Source: an uncultured Bacteroidales bacterium
GTDB lineage: Bacteria; Bacteroidota; Bacteroidia; Bacteroidales; VadinHA17
Direction: 5' to 3'
Assembly (NCBI GenBank): GCA_963772705.1
Contig: CAVYYH010000008.1
Coordinates: 281,208-345,207, forward strand
Length of the DNA stretch: 64,000 nt
Shown here piece by piece: positions 34,761 through 43,874 of the stretch. The notes beneath the pieces are model-generated. The model was given only the letters and a program-made list of their open reading frames with translations, was not told the origin of the DNA and did no database searches. A program made the position numbers and the translations under genes. Position 1 is the first letter of the stretch; every line of letters begins with the position of its first letter.

Positions 34761-37154
34761 CTATTTTTCTGATGACGGCCTGAATATAATCTCGAATTTT
34801 TTTGCAGCCTCCACAGCCCCGTCGGTAAACGGTTCAGCAAAGAACTCGTTATTAATATATGCTTCAGTCTGCGAAAGATAGAACGGGCTGCCGGGGTTGC
34901 CCGAGGTGCCTGTCGGTATCACCGTCAGCGATTTATCCCAGTCAGCAGTGTTGAAGATATGCCTCTCGGAGGCTCCGTGGTCTGAACTGAAGTCGGGCCC
35001 GAAGGAATATGGCTCTACGGTGTGGTAACTGCCTCCTACACTGTACTTTTTGGAGTTGAGCCGCAGAAGCCTTTCTACCATTTTCACCGAACCCATCGGA
35101 TGCTCAAGAGTTATCGAATGTATCTCTCCCCACCTCCAGTTATCAGTGTCGGTGCCGTACCTCGATGTCAGGGTGTCAACCGCATTCCTGAGGCTCAACA
35201 CCATCATATCACCGAGTGTCTCTGTCTCAGCTGTACCGTTGTTGTCAACCCACCCGTCAGCGCCCTCATTCAGTATCCTGAAAAGATAGTGATCATGCTG
35301 CTTTCCAAGCACCCCTCCGTAGAGATCTCCCAGCTCATCGGAAAGGATATTCCTGGCCAGTCCGGCACGGGTGAACTCGAAAATGGTCGGAGCGGCAAGC
35401 GAGGCATCCATCTTATAATCCCATGCCTCAAGAAGTTCTATTGCCTTCTGAAGACCCTCATCAGGTGAATCGATACCTCTTGCCGCCTCAAGTATCATGG
35501 GGGTCATTTTTGCAGCATAGGCCGAATGATTATCAGTTATCATCCTCCTGAAGTCATCGATGCCCAGTATTTGCTTCTCGGCCGCCATCTGCCTTATGCG
35601 TATTATCCGCCACGGGGGTGCGAAGTCACCGGCGATATAGTACGGGTAGTCTGCCGTCACCGTCTGCTCGTTGGCTGATGATACAAAACCATTCTCCGGG
35701 TTATAGGATGAAGGGAGCATTTCAAAAGGAACATAACCTTTCCAGTCATACTCATCTGTCTCGCCGCTGCGCGGCAGAAGGCCGTTACCCTTCCTGACGG
35801 GAATGCCTCCGCCGGTGTTAATACCTATGTTTCCCTCAGCATCGGCATAGGCGAAATTCTGACTGACTGATCTGAAGTTGCTTATGGCCGACCTGAACTC
35901 ATCCCAGTTTGCTGCCCTGTCAAGGAGGTAGACGGCTTTTACCTCGTCACTGTAGTCATAACCTGACCACCTCATTGTCATAACGGCATCATCGATGCCG
36001 CGCAGATCTGATATCACCGGCCCCCGGTGAGAGGAAGTGATCACCCTGGTCTCTGCAGCACCTCCCTTAACGTTTATTACCTCCTCCCTCGAAGTCATTG
36101 GCAGCCATTCGCCATTGAAGAGATAGCGGCCTGATGAATCAACCGTCTCGACAAAAAGATCAATGTCATCAACCATGAGATTTGTTATGCCCCAGGCAAT
36201 CTTTTCGTTATGGCCTGCCACAATGAAAGGCTGGCCGGGAACCATTACGCCGGTCACGTTAAGCTCTCCGGGTATCACCTGGTGAACCTGTATCCAGTAA
36301 CCCGGGATGCTCAGCCCCAGGTGCATGTCATTTGACAGTATGGGCTTGCCTGTCTCGCTGCGGGCGCCGGATACGGCCCAGTTATTGCTTCCTGAAAATG
36401 AAATCGCACCTATCTTTTCTGCCCTGTCAAGCGAGGCAATGAATGAAACTGTACTGTCTATGTCCTCTGCGGTAAGGGTGAACCCGGGAAAAACGACTTC
36501 GTCAGTAAGGTCCCATCCCGGCAGCAGCGATGACGCCTTTTCTTCTCCCAGTCTCTGAACGAGCCTGTAGTTCCTGAGCTCATTGGTAAGATTATCCTTC
36601 GCAAGCTCCCATCCCATATACCCTATTATATTGGCTATATCGGTAAGCGACCATGGTTCGGGAGCGTATCCCAGTATCCTGAACTCGGCCGGCAATTTTT
36701 TGCCTCTCTCTCCTATCCAGGCATTGACCCCGTCACAGTATGACTGCATCGCCGCGAGGATTTCCGGATCTTCCTTCTCAAGTACTGTCTCTGACTTGGC
36801 GGTCATGTTGAGCAGCCTCAGAAAGTGATCGGTCTCTATGTAATCCGGACCGAATATCTCCGAGAGCCTTCCCCTGGTAGCACGCCTGATGAGGTCCATC
36901 TGCCACATCCTCTCCTGTGCCGAGATGTAGCCTGTGACAAGATAAAGGTCATGAGCGTTTGTGGCATAGATATGCGGTACGCCGCGCTCATCCCTTATTA
37001 CCTTTACGTCTCCGTTCAGGCCGGCAATCTGCTGTTCACCGTTCAGCTCAGGCACGGCTCCCTTCCGGAGTGATGAGGCAACTATAAACACTGCAAGCAC
37101 CAGGAGCGCCAGGAGCAGGACAATTATTCTGAGGGAGTTCTTTATTATTTTCAT
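34761..37154 (-). CDS. penicillin acylase family (Ntn-hydrolase) protein
   Basis: 797 aa. Signal/TM anchor. An internal ...GSNNWAVSG... would expose the N-terminal nucleophile Ser of the beta chain. The overall family pattern (DPHL/DMHL, WRWG, etc.) is present. Confidence 0.85.
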   Translation of the reverse strand: MKIIKNSLRIIVLLLALLVLAVFIVASSLRKGAVPELNGEQQIAGLNGDVKVIRDERGVPHIYATNAHDLYLVTGYISAQERMWQMDLIRRATRGRLSEIFGPDYIETDHFLRLLNMTAKSETVLEKEDPEILAAMQSYCDGVNAWIGERGKKLPAEFRILGYAPEPWSLTDIANIIGYMGWELAKDNLTNELRNYRLVQRLGEEKASSLLPGWDLTDEVVFPGFTLTAEDIDSTVSFIASLDRAEKIGAISFSGSNNWAVSGARSETGKPILSNDMHLGLSIPGYWIQVHQVIPGELNVTGVMVPGQPFIVAGHNEKIAWGITNLMVDDIDLFVETVDSSGRYLFNGEWLPMTSREEVINVKGGAAETRVITSSHRGPVISDLRGIDDAVMTMRWSGYDYSDEVKAVYLLDRAANWDEFRSAISNFRSVSQNFAYADAEGNIGINTGGGIPVRKGNGLLPRSGETDEYDWKGYVPFEMLPSSYNPENGFVSSANEQTVTADYPYYIAGDFAPPWRIIRIRQMAAEKQILGIDDFRRMITDNHSAYAAKMTPMILEAARGIDSPDEGLQKAIELLEAWDYKMDASLAAPTIFEFTRAGLARNILSDELGDLYGGVLGKQHDHYLFRILNEGADGWVDNNGTAETETLGDMMVLSLRNAVDTLTSRYGTDTDNWRWGEIHSITLEHPMGSVKMVERLLRLNSKKYSVGGSYHTVEPYSFGPDFSSDHGASERHIFNTADWDKSLTVIPTGTSGNPGSPFYLSQTEAYINNEFFAEPFTDGAVEAAKKFEIIFRPSSEK

Positions 37155-37206
37155 GATCAGGAGGTTATTGGTGCGATAAAATTAAAAAAATCATACAAAA
37201 ATGCTG

Positions 37207-38178
37207 TCATTTCCTGAAAAACAACCTGCTGCCCTGCGGGCAGCCATTGCAGATATCTTCCAGAGAGCGGCTGTTCATTACATTTGACCGGAACTTCATG
37301 TATTCCTGTCCTCTCCATATCTCACTGAAAGAATTGTCATTAATGTTACCCATAACATGGTTGCCGTTTTTGTCAAAGCAGCATGGAACCACATCCCCGT
37401 CGGTCGTGACGACTGCTCCTCTCCACATCCTGAAACAACCTCTTTGCCTTGTGCCGGCCGGGATATAATAGCCGCTTCTTTTTTCATAGCGTGACCTTCT
37501 CTGGTCAGCCGGCATCCATTCTGCAGCTCTTGCACTGTCAAGTACCTGTATGCTTTTTATCCTGAAAGAGGCACCGACCGATTTTGCAAAGCGTGCCGCA
37601 TCCGTGGCTTCTGCTTCATTGTGCCTCCCCAGGAGGAACTGAAGCTCAATTTTAAGTGATGATTTCCTTCTTTTTACGGTTTCTGCCAGAAGCATGATCC
37701 CCTCCCTGACCTTTGAATGATCACCTCCGGCGCGGTATGCTGAATAGGCCGCCGGTGTGACGCCGTCATAGGAGACAATTACTTTTTTCAATGCAGAGCC
37801 GGCAAGCAGTCTGCAACTCTCATTGTCAAGGAAATGTCCGTTAGTGGAGATGACCGGGTGCATACCGCGGAACAACTCCGTTATTTCAAAAAACCGGGGA
37901 TGGAGCATCGGCTCTCCCTGAAAATAAAGCCATGCCGAAAGCAGCCGTCCGGAAAGCTCTCCGGCTATTTTCTCTGCGAGACCGTAATCGATGAACCGGT
38001 TCCTCCTCACTGTCAGACCTGCACCTGTCATACACTCAGGGCATGAGAGATTGCAGATGGCTGACAACTCAACACTTATGGCAGGAGGCAGAGGCGGGGT
38101 GACCTGTATGCCGGTATATCTCCTTAATCCGTAAGAGAAAAGAGAGTAACTTGCGTTCAGATATGGAGTAACAGTCAT
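37207..38178 (-). CDS. radical SAM/SPASM domain protein
   Basis: CNLSCPEC (CxxxCxxC) cluster. C-terminal Cys-rich SPASM-like region (GCFRMW...VVPCCFD...CNGCPQG). Confidence 0.85.
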   Translation of the reverse strand: MTVTPYLNASYSLFSYGLRRYTGIQVTPPLPPAISVELSAICNLSCPECMTGAGLTVRRNRFIDYGLAEKIAGELSGRLLSAWLYFQGEPMLHPRFFEITELFRGMHPVISTNGHFLDNESCRLLAGSALKKVIVSYDGVTPAAYSAYRAGGDHSKVREGIMLLAETVKRRKSSLKIELQFLLGRHNEAEATDAARFAKSVGASFRIKSIQVLDSARAAEWMPADQRRSRYEKRSGYYIPAGTRQRGCFRMWRGAVVTTDGDVVPCCFDKNGNHVMGNINDNSFSEIWRGQEYMKFRSNVMNSRSLEDICNGCPQGSRLFFRK

Positions 38179-38286
38179 TACGGCAAATGAACAGTTTTTT
38201 TTTAAATGTATAGGGGAAAAGGCGCTCTTCCGGTCATTATTGTGAACAGATGATCAGGATTAATAAACCAATAAAAACAGATTACC

Positions 38287-39588
38287 ATGAAAAATAAAGT
38301 CTTTTTCTCAGTAATGGCTGCGGCACTTCTCTCAATCATAATGGCTGGTGAAGTGGCAGCATCAGATCTTCTGGCAGGCAAGCCGAAGAAAGATCCCCAG
38401 GAGTTGACCATCATAAGAGGCAAGGTGGTTGATGCGGAGACAAGCCTCCCGCTGGTTTTCGCGGGTGTCGCCGTGCAGGGAAGCAATGTATCAACAGTCA
38501 CCAACCTTGACGGTGAATTCATACTTAAGATTACCGAACCCAATGCTGAAAAGGTGGAGTTCTCATTTGTAGGATACAAGAACGTGGTGGTGGCTATAGA
38601 GGAGATGAAAACCAACGGCCAGCGTAATATAATAGAACTTGAGACTGCGTTCATTCCGATCAAGGAGATCATTGTCAAACCTCTGATGCCGGAAGAGATC
38701 CTCGATGAGGTCATGAACCGCTTTGATGTCAACTACCCCGGTATCGCAAATGACATGACAGGTTTCTATCGCGAGACCATCAAGAAAAACCGCAACTATG
38801 TATCTATCGGAGAAGCAGTTGTTGAAGTTTTCAAGGCACCCTACCAGAATGACCTCAGGTATGATGCCGTCAAGATTTACAAAGGGAGGAAGAATAATGA
38901 TGTGGAGAAGGCAGATACCGTTCTCTTCAGGCTCCAGGGCGGCCCGACAACAACACTCTATCTTGACATCGTGAAGAATCCCGAGATATTCCTTACAAGA
39001 GAAGCCCTGCAACAGTATGACCTTGAGCTCTCAAACATAGTGGTTATAGATGACAGGACCAATTATGTGATCACCTTCTACCAGAAACCGTCAATAACCA
39101 CTCCGCTGTATCACGGCAAGCTGTATATCGATATCGAGACATATGCGGTTGCCCAGGCTGAGTTCTCATTTAACCTCGAGAACAAGGAACTGGCTGCATC
39201 AATGTTCATCAGGAAAAAACCCATAGGCATGCAGGTTACACCTGAAGCCACATCATACCTTGTGCGTTTCCGCGAGATAGATGAAAAGTGGTATTTCAGC
39301 TATTCGAGGGCAGAGGTGAAATTCAAGGTTGACTGGAATAAGAAACTCTTCAACACCAACTATACAACCATGTCTGAGCTGGCTATAACAGACCGTACTG
39401 AAGAAGATGTGGTCAAGTTCTCATCAAAGGAAAGGATGAAGCCTTCAGACTTCTTCAACGAAGAGGTTGCGGCTTTTGCAGATCCGGATTTCTGGGGCGA
39501 CTATAACGTCATCGAGCCCGACCAGAGCATCGAGGCAGCTATAAGAAGACTCAGCCGGAAAGTCAAGTTCAGCGACAGGCAGGAATAA
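38287..39588 (+). CDS. CarboxypepD_reg-like domain protein (paralog A) with a C-terminal domain of unknown function
   Basis: Signal peptide. IRGKVVDAETSLPLVFAGVAVQGSNVSTVTNLDGEFILKI is a carboxypeptidase-regulatory-like fold signature. The C-terminal ~300 aa align with 41134..42675. Confidence 0.8.
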   Translation: MKNKVFFSVMAAALLSIIMAGEVAASDLLAGKPKKDPQELTIIRGKVVDAETSLPLVFAGVAVQGSNVSTVTNLDGEFILKITEPNAEKVEFSFVGYKNVVVAIEEMKTNGQRNIIELETAFIPIKEIIVKPLMPEEILDEVMNRFDVNYPGIANDMTGFYRETIKKNRNYVSIGEAVVEVFKAPYQNDLRYDAVKIYKGRKNNDVEKADTVLFRLQGGPTTTLYLDIVKNPEIFLTREALQQYDLELSNIVVIDDRTNYVITFYQKPSITTPLYHGKLYIDIETYAVAQAEFSFNLENKELAASMFIRKKPIGMQVTPEATSYLVRFREIDEKWYFSYSRAEVKFKVDWNKKLFNTNYTTMSELAITDRTEEDVVKFSSKERMKPSDFFNEEVAAFADPDFWGDYNVIEPDQSIEAAIRRLSRKVKFSDRQE

Positions 39589-39603
39589 AACAGGCGTTAA
39601 CGC

Positions 39604-40137
39604 ATGAGCAGTGACAGTGAGATAATTGGGAGGATCAGGAAGGGAGACAAACAAGAGTTTGAAAAGCTCTTCCGGTCCTCCTATGTTTCACTGGTACGCT
39701 ACGCGCAAACCATACTGAAGGACCACGACACATCGGAAGAGATTGTCCAGGAACTGTTCTTCAGACTGTGGCAGGATCGCGAAAACCTTAAAATTGAAAG
39801 TTCTCTGAAAGGCTATCTTTTCCGCTCGGTGCACAACAGGTCACTCCACCATATAGAACATCAGAAGGTGGTAGAACGGCATGCAGGCGAAGTCGCCGCC
39901 GCCGCAGAAATAGTCTCCGAACCGGTCACGGAGGCAATATATTACAACGAGCTTCAGATCAGGGTGGCACGTGTGCTCGACCGGCTTCCTGAAAGGTGCA
40001 GCGAGATATTCAGGATGAACAGGTTTGAAGGATTGAAATATACAGAGATAGCTGAGAAGCTGTCGGTCTCGCTTAAGACAGTCGAGGCGAATATGGGGAA
40101 GGCGCTGAAAGAATTCAGAAAAGTACTGGCAGAGTGA
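39604..40137 (+). CDS. ECF-type RNA polymerase sigma-70 factor
   Basis: 177 aa. Region 2 (EEIVQELFFRLWQ) and region 4 (RCSEIFRMNRFEGLKYTEIAEKLSVSLKTVEANMGKAL). Confidence 0.9.
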   Translation: MSSDSEIIGRIRKGDKQEFEKLFRSSYVSLVRYAQTILKDHDTSEEIVQELFFRLWQDRENLKIESSLKGYLFRSVHNRSLHHIEHQKVVERHAGEVAAAAEIVSEPVTEAIYYNELQIRVARVLDRLPERCSEIFRMNRFEGLKYTEIAEKLSVSLKTVEANMGKALKEFRKVLAE

Positions 40138-41118
40138 TGAAAAAGAATGACAAAATAGAAAAAATGACTGAACAGGAGTGGGCTGATGCTGCGGCATGGC
40201 TCTCGGGCGAAGAGACGGCAGACGGAGAAGCCGCACGCATCCTGTTGAGCGAAGACGGAGAGATAATGAAGAAATGGAATGACCTGAGGTATACTGATGC
40301 CGAAGGAAGTATAGATGTTGATAAGGCATGGGATAAACTGAACGGCAGGATTGAAGCCGAAAAACCCGTTATCAAGCTCCGTGAGAGGTCAGCAATGCAG
40401 TCATTTCTGCGCATAGCAGCAATGGTCATTATCGTTGCAGGCCTGGGATGGATGGCATTTGAGATTGCAGCACCGGGAAAAGTAGTGGTTGCCTCCGCCA
40501 GTGATGAAAAGAATATCGAGGTTCTGCTCGCTGACGGCAGCAGGATCTACCTCAACCGCGACAGCCGGCTGACATACTCCGAAAAATTCGGCCGTAATGA
40601 CCGCAGGGTGACACTCAAGGGTGAAGCCTTCTTCGACATCGCACCCGATCCTTCCCGACCCTTTCATCATTGACGCAGGCAGCGCCAGGGTGAGAGTACT
40701 GGGTACTTCATTCAACGTGAGAACTGATAACGGCAACAACGAGGTGGAGGTATTTGTCTCGACCGGAAGAGTGATGCTAACAAGCAGTGACGGCTCAAGA
40801 AGCATGACCCTCGAGCCTGACTTCATCGGAAGGCTCTCATCCGATAACTCCTCCCAGGTGCTCAATACCAATGTGAACTATATCTCGTGGCATACCGACA
40901 TGCTTGCTTTTGACGGTGAAAAGCTAAGCGTGGTCTTCGCCGATCTGAAACGGACATTCAACATCGATATCGTCGCTGCCGATGAGGCTATCAATGACTT
41001 CAGGCTCACATCAATGTTTGATAATCAGCCTCACGATACCATAATTCAGGTTATTTGCACTACCTTTAACCTCCGTTCAGTGCGGGAGGGCGAGACATAC
41101 AGCCTCCTTCTCAGGTAA
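40134..41118 (+). pseudogene. FecR-family anti-sigma factor interrupted by one frameshift
   Basis: 40134..40673 encodes the N-terminal domain, the TM helix and ...LKGEAFFDIAPDPSRPF, followed by a stop. The continuation IIDAGSARVRVLGTSFNV... is in the frame of 40621..41118. The junction is at CCC TTT C ATC (about 40659-40668). The start overlaps the sigma-factor stop (ATGA). Confidence 0.8.
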
Positions 41119-41133
41119 GAACGGAAAGATCAG

Positions 41134-42675
41134 ATGTGGCCGACAGGACTGGAGAAAAGAAGATGGATCCTGGTTGCCGGCCTGCTACTGCTTGCACTTC
41201 CTCTTTACACCCAGGAAAACGTCCTTGAAAAGGGTGTGAAGATCCCGGGTGGCAGCATCAGGGCAGCCAGGGCGTTACACGAGGTAAGCAGACTTACCGG
41301 TTACATCTTTACCTATGATACTGAGATAATAAACGCAGACAGGACCTTCATAATACCCGATTCTGAGATACCGATAAGGGAAGTCCTCGATTCGGTGACC
41401 GGTAACCCGGAGGTAAAATATTCTGTGATCGGTAAGCACATAATCCTCTATCGCGATATAATTGAAGAGCGAGGGGATACCACCAGTGCCCCTCTGCCCG
41501 AATGGGTATTCATAACAGGCAGGATAACCGATGCCGAGACAACCGATCCCCTGCCCTATGCAACCATCGGCATCAGCCGGCGCGGCCGCGGTACTGTAAC
41601 AAATAACAACGGTGACTTCATCCTGAAGATCTCCGGTGATTGCCTCAATGATACACTCTCGGTATCCTATGTGGGATATGTCAACCGGCGGATCCCGGTC
41701 AGGAGTCTGCCAGGCAACAGCATGGTAATCAGCATGGAGCGGGATTATATCCCTATCCCGGAGATAATAATAAGGTCACAGGACCCGATGCTGATCATAC
41801 GTAACACTGTGGCATCCATTGCTGAAAACTATGGCACCACCCCTGCCCTGCTCACCGGCTTCTACCGCGAAGGGGTTTACAGGAAAAAGGAACCGCAGGT
41901 CTATTCAGAAGCCGTGGTGCAGATCTATAAGAGCCCCTATGCCAGGTCGCTGATGGGTGACCAGCTCAAAGTACTGCGAAGCAGAAAAATTGAGAACCTG
42001 GAGGTAAAAGACACACTCGCCGTCAGGCTCAAGGCAGGACTGGGCTCGACGATTACGCTTGACATTGTAAGGCAGCTGTTCGACTTCCTTGACCCGCAGT
42101 CGTTCGGCTCGTATGAGTACCATCTTACTGACATAGTGACCATAGACGACCAGACTGCCTTTGTTATTTCATTTAAACAGAGACCCTGGATCACTGAACC
42201 GCTGATGCAGGGTGATGTCTATATCAATGTCGACAACTACGCTGTTGTCCTGGCCGAATTCGAACTGAGTCCCGACTATATTGACCAGACAAGCGAAGCC
42301 TATGTAAGCCGTTTGCCCCGCGACTATTCAATGAAGCCTGAATATGTCAGATACCGCACCCATTACCGCCTGATCAACGGGAGATACTTCCTTTCACACG
42401 TCAGAGGAGACCTTGGATTTATTGCTAAAGGAAGAAAGAGGGTCTTTAACAGTCGGTTCAATATATTCTTTGAACTGGCTGTGACAGATCACAGGCTGAA
42501 TAATGTTACCCGCTTTGAACACGATGAAACGACGCCTGTCTATTCAGTCTTCTCACGCACAATAACGGGTTATGATTCAGACTTCTGGAAAGACTTTGAC
42601 TTCCTGAAGCCCGAAGAAGATCTGATGGAAGCCCTGGTAAGGCTTAACGTGCGTCTTGGCGAGGCAGGGGAGTAA
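41134..42675 (+). CDS. STN-like plus CarboxypepD_reg-like domain protein (paralog B), lacking a TonB-dependent plug/barrel
   Basis: Residues ~35-105 look like an STN signalling domain (ALHEVSRLTGYIFTYDTEI...IREVLDSV...YSVIGKHIILY). ITGRITDAETTDPLPYATIGI...TNNNGDFILKI is CarboxypepD_reg. The rest is co-linear with 38287..39588 (LTGFYRE..., FVISFKQRPWITEPLMQGDVYINVDNYAVVLAEFEL). Confidence 0.8.
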   Translation: MWPTGLEKRRWILVAGLLLLALPLYTQENVLEKGVKIPGGSIRAARALHEVSRLTGYIFTYDTEIINADRTFIIPDSEIPIREVLDSVTGNPEVKYSVIGKHIILYRDIIEERGDTTSAPLPEWVFITGRITDAETTDPLPYATIGISRRGRGTVTNNNGDFILKISGDCLNDTLSVSYVGYVNRRIPVRSLPGNSMVISMERDYIPIPEIIIRSQDPMLIIRNTVASIAENYGTTPALLTGFYREGVYRKKEPQVYSEAVVQIYKSPYARSLMGDQLKVLRSRKIENLEVKDTLAVRLKAGLGSTITLDIVRQLFDFLDPQSFGSYEYHLTDIVTIDDQTAFVISFKQRPWITEPLMQGDVYINVDNYAVVLAEFELSPDYIDQTSEAYVSRLPRDYSMKPEYVRYRTHYRLINGRYFLSHVRGDLGFIAKGRKRVFNSRFNIFFELAVTDHRLNNVTRFEHDETTPVYSVFSRTITGYDSDFWKDFDFLKPEEDLMEALVRLNVRLGEAGE

Positions 42676-42679
42676 GCCC

Positions 42680-43693
42680 CTATTCGTAACTCTCGAGTAT
42701 CTTGTAAAGTTCTGAAAGATCAGGTGTAAGAATGATCTCAGTACGCCTGTTCTTCTGTCTGGCCTCTGCAGTCTTTAACGGATCGACAGGTATATATTCG
42801 CCGCGACCTGAGGCGGTGAGGCGTTTCGGATTAATCTTTGTATCCTGTGTCAGAACCCTTACTACCGTCGTTGCCCTTTTTACGCTGAGGTCCCAGTTAT
42901 CGACCAGCTGGCCTGATGAAGACCTGTACGGGACATCGTCAGTGTGACCTTCGACAAGGATCCCTATATCTGTGTTCTTTTCAAGGAGCGCTCCAAGCTT
43001 ACGCAGGGCAGCCCGTCCATTGGCGTCGATCTCGTAACTGCCTGTCTTGAACAGCAGCTTCTCGTCCATTGAGACATACACCTTGCCGTCTTTTATTGTC
43101 ACCGAGAGGCCGTTGTTTTCAAACCCGTAAAGCGCCTCCGACACTTTTGCCTTCAGCTCCCTGACAGCCTTCTGCTGGGCATCAAGCATCTTCTCGAGCT
43201 CGGTGAGACGCGCATTGCGCTTCTCAAGCTCGAAAGTAAGCTCCTCCAGCGATGCCTTCTTGGTGTCAAGATTCATCTCGAGCTCCCGGAGGAGGTTCTC
43301 CTTCTTCTGCAGGTCTGACTGCGCCGCCCTCAGCTCCGCAAGCAGCCGCTGTGTCTCCTGCGCCCTGCCGCTGACAAGCTCCTCCTGTGCCCTCTGCAGA
43401 TCGGCATAACGGGTCGTGAGCCTGACATACTCATCCCTGGTCTGCGTCAGATCTGCCTGAACCCTTGCAAGCTCCGCCGTGAGACTGTCTGTCTCTTCGG
43501 TCAGCTTCTCCGATTTCGATGTCAGCTCCCTGTTTGACATGGTAAGCCATATGTTTTCCGCTTTCAGGGAGTCACGCTCACCAAGAAGCAGATCAGCCCT
43601 GTCGCTGAGAGTATTATACTTCTTCCCGGTCACACATGAGCCAGCTACCAGAGCAACGAGAACAACAGGTAATATTGATTTCAGAGAGACCAT
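42680..43693 (-). CDS. OmpA-family lipoprotein with a long N-terminal coiled coil
   Basis: Lipobox VAGSC. About 170 aa of heptad-rich Glu/Leu/Arg sequence. The C-terminal OmpA/MotB peptidoglycan-binding motif is (GHTD..P......NW.LS..RA..V...L...RRTEI). Confidence 0.85.
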   Translation of the reverse strand: MVSLKSILPVVLVALVAGSCVTGKKYNTLSDRADLLLGERDSLKAENIWLTMSNRELTSKSEKLTEETDSLTAELARVQADLTQTRDEYVRLTTRYADLQRAQEELVSGRAQETQRLLAELRAAQSDLQKKENLLRELEMNLDTKKASLEELTFELEKRNARLTELEKMLDAQQKAVRELKAKVSEALYGFENNGLSVTIKDGKVYVSMDEKLLFKTGSYEIDANGRAALRKLGALLEKNTDIGILVEGHTDDVPYRSSSGQLVDNWDLSVKRATTVVRVLTQDTKINPKRLTASGRGEYIPVDPLKTAEARQKNRRTEIILTPDLSELYKILESYE

Positions 43694-43874
43694 GATATTT
43701 TTTTTTGATTTTACCTCTGCCGCGAATTAAACAATAAATGGGAAATCATGTTGTTAATAGTTGAATGAATAATTAACAAAAGGGAATATTTACTACCATC
43801 CCGGGCATGAGATACCCTGACATAAAAAATTAAATTATAAGTATCTTTGACCTGTCATTAATGAGACATTTGAA

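Noticed and set aside
32182-34840. Long minus-strand ORFs (139, 185, 178, 111 aa) across tsf, pyrH and frr
   Set aside because: They sit opposite universally conserved, full-length housekeeping genes, so they are shadow ORFs.
38202-38732. 176-aa minus-strand ORF overlapping the start of the CarboxypepD_reg paralog A gene
   Set aside because: It overlaps the better-supported plus-strand CDS, which has a signal peptide, a domain motif and a paralog. It has no features of its own.
43760-43874. TPP-riboswitch-like fragment (GGGCATGAGATACCCTGA) upstream of dxs
   Set aside because: Only a UGAGA...ACCCUGA-like snippet is present. The pyrophosphate-sensing helix and the conserved CCUGAUCUGGAUAAUGCCAGCG-type arm are missing, and the region is too short and AT-rich.
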